This document shows, one piece after another, positions 10,377 to 19,905 of a DNA stretch of 64,000 nt (within the stretch, counting starts at the first letter, position 1; each line of letters opens with the position of its first letter). A program made the translations under genes and the position numbers. Under the pieces are notes generated by a model. The model made no database searches and was not told where the DNA came from. It worked only from the letters and a program-made list of their open reading frames with translations. The stretch lies in the sequence record SRR9188677_168; one strand, 5' to 3'.

Positions 10377-10544
10377 ATATATCACTTGTCCATGGATTGT
10401 GTAGCTTCAAATTACCTGAGCAGATCCAGTTAGATGCGATCTGTATTTTGCAAGCGGCTATGTCTATGGTTCATGAATTTTTTGGCGCATACTTCATGTT
10501 AGCAATGGCAAAGACGCTGCCAGTTTTGATGTGTTCTACTTGAA

Positions 10545-10563
10545 AATGGGAATGCTTCTCATG
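10545..10563. promoter_or_regulatory. Fur box within the sigma70-like promoter of the heme utilisation operon
   Basis: AATGGGAATGCTTCTCATG between TTGAAA (10540-45) and TAGAAT (10564-69). Confidence 0.7.
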
Positions 10564-10747
10564 TAGAATAGGCTTTGTCAGAATTTATTACTATCCATCG
10601 TTAGTGACAGCTTGTCTGTCAGATTTTAGAGCTTTAACGCAACATAATTAGTCTGAATCAAACGTGCTTATCGCGCTAAACCATTACTCCCGCAGCCTTT
10701 GTCACCACATCGATGCCTCTGTAATTAATGTATTTTAAGGAAATAAG

Positions 10748-11296
10748 ATGACCGATCAGGAAAAACTTCAGTCAGTGGCTAAAGAAGCCATTGCGTTCAA
10801 AGGGCAGTTCAAAACAGTGCAACTGGCCAGCGTTAATGCGCAAGGGGTGCCTGAGGCAAGTTATGCCGCTTATGTTGAGCGTGATAACAAGTTTTATATC
10901 TATGTGAGTGAACTGGCAACACATTGTGCCAACCTGCGCGAAACCGGCCTGTGTTCCGCGATGTTTGTTGAGAGTGAAAAAGACGCGGGTCATCTTTTCG
11001 CCAGAAAACGCCTGGTGTTCAAATGCACAGCACAGGAAGTTGAACGTAGCTCAGCCAAATTTGATGAAGTGATGGCGCTTTTCTATGAAAAATTCGGCAA
11101 CTTCATGGATGCGATCGGTAAGTTGACCGATTTCCATATGATTGAGCTAATGCCAACGCATGGCAGTTACGTTGCAGGTTTTGCTAAAGCCTATCACCTG
11201 AATGGCCAAGATTTGTTACAAATCACACATCGTAATGACCAGGGCCATGCTGCACCAGACGCATCTGCACAACAGAAACTGGATGAGCTGGCATAA
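10748..11296 (+). CDS. HutZ/HugZ-like heme utilisation protein (pyridoxamine 5'-phosphate oxidase-like split barrel)
   Basis: PEASYA, YVSELATHCANL, LFARKRL, YVAGFAKAY; first gene of the heme operon. Confidence 0.82.
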   Translation: MTDQEKLQSVAKEAIAFKGQFKTVQLASVNAQGVPEASYAAYVERDNKFYIYVSELATHCANLRETGLCSAMFVESEKDAGHLFARKRLVFKCTAQEVERSSAKFDEVMALFYEKFGNFMDAIGKLTDFHMIELMPTHGSYVAGFAKAYHLNGQDLLQITHRNDQGHAAPDASAQQKLDELA

Positions 11297-11298
11297 CG

Positions 11299-12387
11299 GT
11301 GACTGAATCTCCAATCAGCATTGGCCACGCAAGCATACGTGAGCAATTTGTCATCGAACGCCAGGCGGGTAAACGTCATCGCGATATTGCTGAGAAATTG
11401 CAAATATCCGAAGGTGCGCTGATAGCTGCCCATGCCGGCGCACAAGAAGAGGCTTGGTTACTACAAGCCACCCGGCTGCAGGCAGACTGGCCAGCATTGA
11501 TGAAGTCGCTTGAGCCTCTGGGCGAGGTAATGGCGCTGACGCGCAATATTTCGTGTGTGCATGAAAAAACTGGCGTTTACAAGAAGGTAAGCGATACCGG
11601 GCATGTCGGGCTGGTGCTTGGTGGTGATATTGATTTGCGCGCGTTTTACAGTTATTGGGCGCATGGTTTTGCGGTGTCTGAGATGGGCGACAATGGTGTT
11701 CAGCAAAGCCTGCAGTTTTTTGACGCGCAAGGTACTGCCATTCACAAGGTATTTATTAAACCGCAAAGCGATGTCGAGGCTTATAAAGCCTTCGTCAAAC
11801 ACTTTGCGGATGAGAACCAGAAACCCGGTATTACCACCGTGCCTGCGCCGCCGCTGCCAGTAGATAAAGCTGATAACGAGATTGATGTTGCAGGATTTCG
11901 AGCCGCGTGGCGCGCTCTGCAAGACACGCACGACTTTTTTGGCTTACTTAAGCGGTATGGCGTTTCACGGTTACAAAGCATGCGACTTGCCGAAAAGCAG
12001 TATGTGCAGCAGGTCAACCAGCAAAGCGCACGTGAGTTGCTGGAAGCGGCGGCCAATGAAGGCGTTGCCTTGATGATCTTTGTTGCTAACCCTGGCATGG
12101 TGCAGATTCATTCCGGCATTGTTAAAAAAGTGGCGGTGATGGGTCCCTGGCTAAATGTCCTGGACCCGGGCTTTAACCTGCATTTGCGCGAAGACCATAT
12201 TGCGAGTGCCTGGGTCGTGCGCAAGCCAACGGTGGATGGCCTGGTCACTGCGCTGGAGCTTTTTGATGCTGAGGGTAATGTGATTGCCATGTTCTTTGGT
12301 GAGCGCAAGCCCGGAAAACCTGAACTTGCCGAGTGGCGTGCGCTGGTAGAAACGCTGCTCAAGGATCACGAACCATGTCTGAATTAA
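11299..12387 (+). CDS. hemS: Hemin-degrading/trafficking protein HemS/ChuS family
   Basis: LTRNISCVHEK, IDLR, AIHKVF, DTHDFF, QIHSG, FNLHL, FFGERKPG. Confidence 0.92.
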   Translation: MTESPISIGHASIREQFVIERQAGKRHRDIAEKLQISEGALIAAHAGAQEEAWLLQATRLQADWPALMKSLEPLGEVMALTRNISCVHEKTGVYKKVSDTGHVGLVLGGDIDLRAFYSYWAHGFAVSEMGDNGVQQSLQFFDAQGTAIHKVFIKPQSDVEAYKAFVKHFADENQKPGITTVPAPPLPVDKADNEIDVAGFRAAWRALQDTHDFFGLLKRYGVSRLQSMRLAEKQYVQQVNQQSARELLEAAANEGVALMIFVANPGMVQIHSGIVKKVAVMGPWLNVLDPGFNLHLREDHIASAWVVRKPTVDGLVTALELFDAEGNVIAMFFGERKPGKPELAEWRALVETLLKDHEPCLN

Positions 12388-13301
12388 AAAACCATATGCA
12401 TGATGTAGAGTCTTCACCGACCCGACGTAAATTCCTCCTGCAAGTAGGTGCGTTGGCCGCTGCCACTTGTTTGCCGCAGACTTGGGTCTGGGCCGCTGAG
12501 AGTCAGAAAAAAATGGCAAGGCGTATTGTCAGTATCGGAGGTGGCCTGACCGAAATCATTTATGCGCTGGGTGCCCATAACGAATTGGTCGGTGTTGATA
12601 CCACGTCGCTTTACCCTGAAGCGGCAACAAAACTGCCTAGTGTTGGGTATGCCAGAACATTATCCAGCGAAGGCATACTGGCACTGGCGCCCAACCATGT
12701 GCTGGCGACTGAAGATGCAGGTCCGCCAGCAGTCTTGCGGCAAATCAATGCCGCGGGTGTGCCTGTCACAGTGCTATCCGCTAATGATAAATTTGAAGGC
12801 GTGCTGGATCGGGTTACCCGCATCGGCACTTTGATAGACCGCCCTGCACAAGCCAGCCAGCTGGTGGAAAAAATGAAAGCGGACTGGCAGAAAGTGCGCG
12901 AGCCGATTATTGCGCGTAAAACGCCGGCACCGCGTGTGCTGTTTGTGCTATCGCATAGCCCAAGCCAGATCATGGTAGGCGGCAAAGGCAGCAGTGCTGA
13001 AGCGATGATGCATTATGTAGGCGCACAAAATGCGGTACAGGGATTTAATGGTTTTAAACCATTGACGCCTGAATCCGTGATCGCTGCGCAACCGGATATC
13101 GTGTTGTTTACCGATCAAGGCCTTGAAGTGGTCGGCGGCATTGATGGCGCATTGAAACTGCCGGGCCTGGCGCAAACGCCTGCCGGGCAAAAGCGTCGTA
13201 TCGCTTCGCTGGAAGCCATGTTTATGCTGGGCTTTGGTCCGCGCCTGCCGCAGGCCGTCGCAGCACTGGATAACGCACTGCTGAAAGCGATGAACGGATG
13301 A
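12375..13301 (+). CDS. hmuT: Heme ABC transporter substrate-binding protein
   Basis: GGGLTEIIYALG, VGVDTTS, VGYARTLSSEG (Tyr ligand), LGFGPR; twin-arginine-like leader TRRKFL; ATG 12375 preferred. Confidence 0.9.
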   Translation: MSELKNHMHDVESSPTRRKFLLQVGALAAATCLPQTWVWAAESQKKMARRIVSIGGGLTEIIYALGAHNELVGVDTTSLYPEAATKLPSVGYARTLSSEGILALAPNHVLATEDAGPPAVLRQINAAGVPVTVLSANDKFEGVLDRVTRIGTLIDRPAQASQLVEKMKADWQKVREPIIARKTPAPRVLFVLSHSPSQIMVGGKGSSAEAMMHYVGAQNAVQGFNGFKPLTPESVIAAQPDIVLFTDQGLEVVGGIDGALKLPGLAQTPAGQKRRIASLEAMFMLGFGPRLPQAVAALDNALLKAMNG

Positions 13302-14365
13302 GTGCCTCAACCAACGTGATGCCGTTCGCATCACGTTTAACAGCTGGCCTGATCAATCGGCCAGCTTTGTTTTTATGGGTGACCCTGATTATTTGTATCT
13401 GGGTAGCAGCGTGGGCGGGTGCAGTGAATGTAATGCCTGCCGACTGGCTGGCACTGCTGCAAGCAGGCGATGACCAACCGCTGACCGGCGGCGCCTATGT
13501 GCTGTGGAATCTGCGCCTGCCGCGTATCCTGTTTGCTGCATTGATAGGGGCTGCATTAGGGCTTTCGGGTGCGCTGACTCAAGGTTTATTCCGTAATCCT
13601 TTGGCTGACCCGGGTTTGCTGGGCGTTACCAGTGGTGCGGCTTGCGCGGCGGCTTTAACCATTGTGTTATTAGCTAACAGTGATATCCATATCCCCATCT
13701 CACTCCGCTACTGGATATTACCTGTCACGGCTTTTGCAGGCGCGATTGGTGTATGTTTTTTATTAGATACCGTCGCGCGCTGGTTAACGGCAGATTCAAT
13801 TGCCGGGCTGTTACTAACAGGTATTGCACTCAATGCTCTGGCCACGGCGGTGATTGGCTTATGTACTTACCTGGCTACCGACGAACAGCTGCGTAGCCTA
13901 ACCTTCTGGACCTTAGGCTCACTCGCTGGTGCGAGCTGGCCCCTGCTGCTGGCATTACTGGCGTTGCTGTTAGCCGCCGTCTGGTATGTACGCCGCCTGG
14001 TGAACGAGATGAATGCCCTGGCATTGGGCGAAGCCACGGCAGCGCATGTGGGTGTCAATGTGCGTCATTTGCGTGCGCGGGTCATTACACTGGTCGCTTT
14101 ATTGTGTGGCTTTGCCGTCGCCTGGTGCGGCATGATCGGCTTTATCGGCCTCGTGGCTCCCCATATTGTACGGCTGGTGATAGGGCCTGATCAGCGGCGT
14201 CTTGCGCCATTGTCAATGCTGGTCGGTGCCATTATTCTCTTGGTGGCCGATACCGCTGCGCGTACCGTGGCCATTCCAGCCGAAATCCCGGTGGGTATCT
14301 TTACCGCCTTGCTTGGTGCACCGTTCTTCCTGGTGTTGCTGGCCGGTATCCGGAAGGGAACGTAA
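13298..14365 (+). CDS. hmuU: Heme ABC transporter permease (FecCD family)
   Basis: LRLPR, QGLFRNPLADPGLLGV, IGFIGLVAPH, EIPVG. Confidence 0.92.
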   Translation: MSASTNVMPFASRLTAGLINRPALFLWVTLIICIWVAAWAGAVNVMPADWLALLQAGDDQPLTGGAYVLWNLRLPRILFAALIGAALGLSGALTQGLFRNPLADPGLLGVTSGAACAAALTIVLLANSDIHIPISLRYWILPVTAFAGAIGVCFLLDTVARWLTADSIAGLLLTGIALNALATAVIGLCTYLATDEQLRSLTFWTLGSLAGASWPLLLALLALLLAAVWYVRRLVNEMNALALGEATAAHVGVNVRHLRARVITLVALLCGFAVAWCGMIGFIGLVAPHIVRLVIGPDQRRLAPLSMLVGAIILLVADTAARTVAIPAEIPVGIFTALLGAPFFLVLLAGIRKGT

Positions 14366-14368
14366 TAC

Positions 14369-15175
14369 ATGTCTCTTTCAGCGAATCACGAGACTTTGCT
14401 TGCCCTGCAAAATGTCACTATTGATCTCGGCAAGCGTACTTTCGGCCCCTTTACATTATCGGTTAAAGCAGGTGAGCGTATTGCGATGCTGGGCCCTAGC
14501 GGCGCAGGCAAATCGACCCTACTCAAATTGCTGGCACGGGAATTAACCCCTGCCAGCGGTCAGGCTACTTTTTGCCAACGTCACCTGAGAGAATGGTCGC
14601 TGGCTGACTTAAGCCACCGCCGCGCCATTTTGCCGCAATCCCACGAAGTCGCTTTCGGACTACCCGTTGAACTGGTCATTGGCCTGGGCCGCGTTGCCAG
14701 AGCTTATGATCCTGACATCAGGAACATTGTCCGCCAGGCAGCGCAACTGGCATCTGCCGGACATTTATTAGAACGCCGCTTTGATACCTTATCCGGTGGA
14801 GAAAAGGCGCGCGTGCAAATGGCAAGGGTGTTTGCGCAGTTATGGGATGTTGAAAAAGGCCTGTTGCTGGTTGATGAACCACTCGCGGCACTGGATCCCG
14901 GGCTGCAATTCAGTTTAATGGATGCCATCTATACCTTTGCCGCACAACGCGGTCATGCCATTCTGGCAATTCTGCATGATATCAACCAGGCATTGCAGGG
15001 CTTTGAGCGGCTGATATTCATTAAGGATGGCTCTATGACGGGGGACTATACAAGCCAGCAGATGACCATTCCCCTATTAGAAACTCTTTACGACGTCAGC
15101 TTGATCAGCGCAGTCAGTGAGAGCGGTGAAGTGATCGTCGCACCTAGCAAATCGCAAAAGCATATTAGCAAATAA
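14369..15175 (+). CDS. hmuV: Heme ABC transporter ATP-binding protein
   Basis: GPSGAGKST, LSGGEKARVQMARVFAQL, DEP, LHDIN. Confidence 0.9.
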   Translation: MSLSANHETLLALQNVTIDLGKRTFGPFTLSVKAGERIAMLGPSGAGKSTLLKLLARELTPASGQATFCQRHLREWSLADLSHRRAILPQSHEVAFGLPVELVIGLGRVARAYDPDIRNIVRQAAQLASAGHLLERRFDTLSGGEKARVQMARVFAQLWDVEKGLLLVDEPLAALDPGLQFSLMDAIYTFAAQRGHAILAILHDINQALQGFERLIFIKDGSMTGDYTSQQMTIPLLETLYDVSLISAVSESGEVIVAPSKSQKHISK

Positions 15176-15239
15176 AGCTTCCATTCAAATCTTGTAGTCG
15201 AGTCTTTAGCAGGCACTCTGATACCTTCTTGAGTAATTG

Positions 15240-15258
15240 AATGATAATTGTTATCATT
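15240..15258. promoter_or_regulatory. Fur box
   Basis: AATGATAATTGTTATCATT, near-perfect consensus. Confidence 0.88.
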
Positions 15259-15330
15259 CTCAACCTTTCAAGATTTGCTCACCATAGAGTTTTACTCCAG
15301 GTGTCAGCAGACGTGTTTATCGGAGTCTTT

Positions 15331-17490
15331 ATGCACCCTCATCGTATCAATGCGATTACGTTCGCCTTAATGTTAGCGTTACCATCAATTTCAGTGCTTG
15401 CAGAAGAGCAGGTCAATAACGAAAAAGTTGATGCTTTGCCTGAAGTCAAAGTTACTTCCAAAGCCGAAAAAGACCAGCCTTCGGAAAAAACAAAGTCATA
15501 TACGGTGAAGTCTACTTCAACCGCTACCCGGTTAAATACCAGCATCCGAGAGACGCCACAATCCATCTCAGTGATCACCCGCGAGCTATTGGATGATTTT
15601 CGCGTGTTCAGTGTGAACGATGCTTTGTCCTTTGCAACGGGTATTAAAGTTGAACAGTTTGAGACTGACCGCACCGAATATACCGCGCGGGGACTCACCA
15701 TTACCAATTTCCAGATAGATGGGCTTACTACCCCAATCAGTTTTAGCGGCACCAACTATGGCGATCTGGATGTAGCCCTGTATGACCGCATTGAAGTGTT
15801 GCGCGGTGCCAATGGCTTGCTAACCGGCATCGGTAACCCTTCTGCCACTATCAACTTTATCCGCAAACGTCCTACCAGGGAATTCCAGGCAAAAGCAAAT
15901 GCTTCAGTGGGCTCGTGGGACAACCGGCGCCTGGATGCCGATGTGTCTGGCGCATTGAACGCGGACGGCAGTGTCCGCGGGCGTCTGGTGGTGGCGAACC
16001 AGAACAGGAACTCTTACCTGGACCGCTACAGTACCGAAAGGAACGTGGCTTACGGTGTGATTGAAGCCGATTTAACGGATAACACAAGCCTGGCTATTGG
16101 GCATACGTACCAGCAGAACAATGCTAGCGGTAATAACTTTGGCAGCTTACCCTTGCTTTATAGCGATGGCAGTAAGCGTCACTACAACGTGTCTGCTTCT
16201 ACCGCGCCTGACTGGAGTTATCGAAACGTAGGTACCAATATCAGTTTTGTCGAACTAACACATGAGTTTGATAACGACTGGAAGCTGAAAGGGCAGTTAA
16301 CCCATAAAGATGTAAGTTCAAAAGGACGCCATCATTATATTGAAGGTAACGAAGACCGCAGCACTGGTTTGATTACATTCAAAAGTTTTCCCTATATTTA
16401 CGACTTTGTAACGAAAGACCATGTGGCTGATGTATATGCCAATGGTCCATTTGAATTCGCAGGTCGCAAACATGAGCTGGTTGTAGGTGCTACGCTAAGC
16501 AGAACTTATATGAAAGAATATTCACGTGAGGGAGACACGCTTTTTGTTGAAGCACTCAACAATACTTTTACAAGTAGTTTTGATGATATAGGTAACTTCC
16601 CGTTGCCAACGTTTGGTAGTAAAACAACGTCGTCAGATTATAAAAGTACAAACAGCAATATTTACACCGCCGCTAAACTCAATCTGGCTGATGATCTGAA
16701 AGTGACAGTGGGCGGAAGCCTGTTAAGTTATAAGTTAAGCGGTATCAGTTATGGGGCGCCACAAGAAGCCAAGGATAACAACAGGTTCACACCTTACATG
16801 GGTGCAGTATATAACCTGGATAACACACACTCCTTGTATGCGAGTTATGCCGGTATTTACAGGCCACAAGTGGAAAAAAACCTCAGTAATAGCTTGCTTC
16901 CCGCATTAAAAGGTAAGAACTACGAGGCTGGTATTAAAAGCGAGTGGTTTAATAAAACATTAAACAGTTCATTTGCGCTCTTCAAAACTGTGCAAGAGAA
17001 CCAGGCACAGTTTGCCGCTCAAACACCAACACAGACCCTGTATGAGCCTATCAAAGCGACAACCAAAGGCTACGAGTTTGATGTATCTGGCGCGTTAACT
17101 GAAAGATTGAATGTCAATGCCGGTTATACCCGTTTGATGAGCGTGAAAGATGATGAGGATCAAAATGTGAATCCTTTCATCCCCAGGCATCTCGTTCGTT
17201 TAACGACAGTCTACAAGGTTCCGTTTATAGAAGATCTGAAGATAGGCGCAAGCGTCAACTGGCAAAGTGATGTGCACGTAGATATTGGCGATGTGCGTTA
17301 TAAACAGAATAGCTACGCCGTGTTGAATCTAATGGCTAACTACACAATTGATAAGCACTGGAATGCAGCAATCAATGTATACAACGTCACTAATGAAAAA
17401 TACATATCCAGCTTAAGGTATGCGGAAGGCGCTCAAGCTTATTATGCGCCACCGGCAAGTGCGCTGGCGACGGTCACCTGGCAATATTAA
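15331..17490 (+). CDS. TonB-dependent siderophore receptor (FhuE/FpvA-like)
   Basis: RETPQSISVIT plug, RIEVLRGANGLLTG, C-terminal TWQY; ATG 15331 follows GGAG. Confidence 0.9.
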   Translation: MHPHRINAITFALMLALPSISVLAEEQVNNEKVDALPEVKVTSKAEKDQPSEKTKSYTVKSTSTATRLNTSIRETPQSISVITRELLDDFRVFSVNDALSFATGIKVEQFETDRTEYTARGLTITNFQIDGLTTPISFSGTNYGDLDVALYDRIEVLRGANGLLTGIGNPSATINFIRKRPTREFQAKANASVGSWDNRRLDADVSGALNADGSVRGRLVVANQNRNSYLDRYSTERNVAYGVIEADLTDNTSLAIGHTYQQNNASGNNFGSLPLLYSDGSKRHYNVSASTAPDWSYRNVGTNISFVELTHEFDNDWKLKGQLTHKDVSSKGRHHYIEGNEDRSTGLITFKSFPYIYDFVTKDHVADVYANGPFEFAGRKHELVVGATLSRTYMKEYSREGDTLFVEALNNTFTSSFDDIGNFPLPTFGSKTTSSDYKSTNSNIYTAAKLNLADDLKVTVGGSLLSYKLSGISYGAPQEAKDNNRFTPYMGAVYNLDNTHSLYASYAGIYRPQVEKNLSNSLLPALKGKNYEAGIKSEWFNKTLNSSFALFKTVQENQAQFAAQTPTQTLYEPIKATTKGYEFDVSGALTERLNVNAGYTRLMSVKDDEDQNVNPFIPRHLVRLTTVYKVPFIEDLKIGASVNWQSDVHVDIGDVRYKQNSYAVLNLMANYTIDKHWNAAINVYNVTNEKYISSLRYAEGAQAYYAPPASALATVTWQY

Positions 17491-17658
17491 ACCCTCCGTA
17501 TTCATTACTTGGCGATAGTAATTTAAGGATTACGAAGCTAATGATTTACCCAGGCAGCTATAGTTCCGGGCAAGAACATTTCGGAAAATTGAATTTAATA
17601 AAAACCCCTAGATGTGCATTTAGCGATTTACTTTGTTTAAGCATTTCTTGAGGGTTGT

Positions 17659-17677
17659 AACGATAATCGTTATCATT
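17659..17677. promoter_or_regulatory. Fur box
   Basis: AACGATAATCGTTATCATT. Confidence 0.82.
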
Positions 17678-17740
17678 ACATTTTTTGGAAGCCAAAGAGT
17701 CACGACTCCAGTAGCTAGCGATCATTTATTGGAGTTTTTT

Positions 17741-19840
17741 ATGTATCTTTGCCGTGTTAATACGATTTCATTCGCTTTAATGTTAGCTTTTCCCGCCACT
17801 TCTGTTTTGGCAGAAGAACCCAATAAGGTAGAACGTACTGAGACGATGCCCGAGGTGTCTGTAAGTGCTAAAAAAGACAGCAAAAAGGATAAGTTCATTA
17901 CTCAGGATAGAGCAACCTCTGTAGGTAAAGGCCCAGTAGTAGTGCAGGACATGCCGCAATCCGTGACAGTGGTTGATGTAGAGCAGGCCCGGGAAATGGG
18001 AGCGCTGAATATTCAGGATGCTCTCACCTACAGCGCAGGCGTTTATGCGGGTAATTTTGGTTTTGATACACGTATTGATTCTGCTTCAGTGCGCGGATTG
18101 AGTCCCTCTATGTTTCTGGATGGCCTACGAAGCTTGTATGGCTTCTATAACAATGCGCGTACAGATATTTATACTCTGGAGCGTATTGAAGTCCTTAAGG
18201 GGCCATCTTCATCATTGTTTGGGCAGTCAGATTTGGGTGGCATTATCAACGCAGTTACCAAACGCCCTAAAAAAGAGGCATCTCGTGAAGTCAATGTGCA
18301 GTATGGCATGTATGATCGTAAACAAATCGGCATTGATTTTACAGGCCCCATTACTGACGATGGCGAATGGTTATATCGTCTGGTAGCCCTCAAGCGTGAC
18401 AGCGGTACACAAGTTGATCACGTCAATGACGATTCTGTGGTTTTTATGCCTTCAGTTACCTGGCAACCCAGTGATAAAACTAGCATTACACTGCAATACG
18501 TACACCAGGAAGTTAATAGTGCGGTGTCGGCTCAGTTTCTCCCTTCACGCGGTACGATTTTACCGGGTCCACAGGGAAGAATTTCTAGCAGCACTTTTGT
18601 AGGTGAACCAGGCTGGGATCGTTACAACACCAAAAAGGATGAAGTATCCCTGTTTATTGATCAGGCAATTACAACCAATATCAAGCTGATAGCGAACTTG
18701 AGAAAATCCAATACCGATAGCATCACACGTGAGCACTGGACGATAGTAGGCGCTACTCCAGACAATGCTGGCAATATCGGCCGTACCATTCATTCAGCAG
18801 ATCGCAGCACTAATGTTTTTTCAAGTGATGCCCGTCTTCAAGGCAATTTTGTGCTTGGCCAAACTAAGCATCTGATTTCTCTTGGAATGGATTATCAAGA
18901 TGCTTTATGGACCGAAAGTAATTATGCTTCGACTCCTTCGGCATTTGGTATCAACGTCTATGACCCGGTATATGGCAATGTAGATTATGCAAAACTTACG
19001 GGCGCAGAGCGTGACAACAACAAAATTGTGCAAACTGGGTTTTACCTCTCTGAATACATGGAGTGGGGGGCATGGATAGTGTCAGGTGCCCTACGCCGGG
19101 ACCATGCAACCAATACCTTGTTGAGATTTAATAATGCACAGGCAGATGTCGATTCACGTAACTCAGCAACCACAGGACGTTTAGGTGTGATGTATCGTTT
19201 TGACAACGGCATTTCGCCTTACGTGAATTACTCCGAAGCGTTTGTACCTAACCTTGGCACAGACGGCTCAGGTGGGGTATTGAAGCCTACAGAGGGAGAA
19301 CAGCGAGAAGCTGGGTTGAAGTACTTATCTCCTGATATTAATACCTCAATGGCGTTTGCCTGGTTTGAGATCGAGCAGCAGAACCGTGTTGTGCAAGGCA
19401 ACACACCAGGTGGCTTACAACAGGCAGGTTCCCTGACCAGAGGCTGGGAGCTCGAAGCCAAGCATCGTATCGGTGATCTGGAATTACTAGGTAATTACAC
19501 TCATATGAACGCCTTCAACGACACAACAAAGATTCGCCTGTCTGCTGTCGCTGAAAAGTTTGGGTCAGCTTGGGCGCAATATCGAATCAATGAACATTGG
19601 CGTATCGGTGCAGGGACACGCTACATCGGTAACAATGTTGGCAACGGTGGCGCACCTACTGTTGATGCCGTGACCTTATTCGATGCAATGGTGGGTTACT
19701 CATATGGCCCGTGGGATATACGAGCCACGATTAGAAACATAGCTGATAAGGAATTCGTTTCCTGGTGTCGTGGCATTGGCCAGGATTGCGGTTATGGCGA
19801 GCGCCAAAATGCAGTCCTTTCTGCCAATTACAAGTTCTAA
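17741..19840 (+). CDS. TonB-dependent siderophore receptor (FhuA/FoxA-like)
   Basis: PQSVTVV, ERIEVLKGPSSSLFG, C-terminal Cys pair and NYKF; ATG 17741 follows GGAG. Confidence 0.9.
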   Translation: MYLCRVNTISFALMLAFPATSVLAEEPNKVERTETMPEVSVSAKKDSKKDKFITQDRATSVGKGPVVVQDMPQSVTVVDVEQAREMGALNIQDALTYSAGVYAGNFGFDTRIDSASVRGLSPSMFLDGLRSLYGFYNNARTDIYTLERIEVLKGPSSSLFGQSDLGGIINAVTKRPKKEASREVNVQYGMYDRKQIGIDFTGPITDDGEWLYRLVALKRDSGTQVDHVNDDSVVFMPSVTWQPSDKTSITLQYVHQEVNSAVSAQFLPSRGTILPGPQGRISSSTFVGEPGWDRYNTKKDEVSLFIDQAITTNIKLIANLRKSNTDSITREHWTIVGATPDNAGNIGRTIHSADRSTNVFSSDARLQGNFVLGQTKHLISLGMDYQDALWTESNYASTPSAFGINVYDPVYGNVDYAKLTGAERDNNKIVQTGFYLSEYMEWGAWIVSGALRRDHATNTLLRFNNAQADVDSRNSATTGRLGVMYRFDNGISPYVNYSEAFVPNLGTDGSGGVLKPTEGEQREAGLKYLSPDINTSMAFAWFEIEQQNRVVQGNTPGGLQQAGSLTRGWELEAKHRIGDLELLGNYTHMNAFNDTTKIRLSAVAEKFGSAWAQYRINEHWRIGAGTRYIGNNVGNGGAPTVDAVTLFDAMVGYSYGPWDIRATIRNIADKEFVSWCRGIGQDCGYGERQNAVLSANYKF

Positions 19841-19905
19841 CATATTGTTTAAACAGGGCAAGTGATGTCTTCATGTCACTTGGTTTTCACCTATCAGGAT
19901 TCATA

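Noticed and set aside
15241-15330. N-terminal extensions in the ORF track (also 17633, 19765, 12333, 32865, 38211, 31433, 40778)
   Set aside because: They run through Fur boxes, leaders or neighbouring genes; downstream ATGs give better RBS, signal peptides or family-typical N-termini
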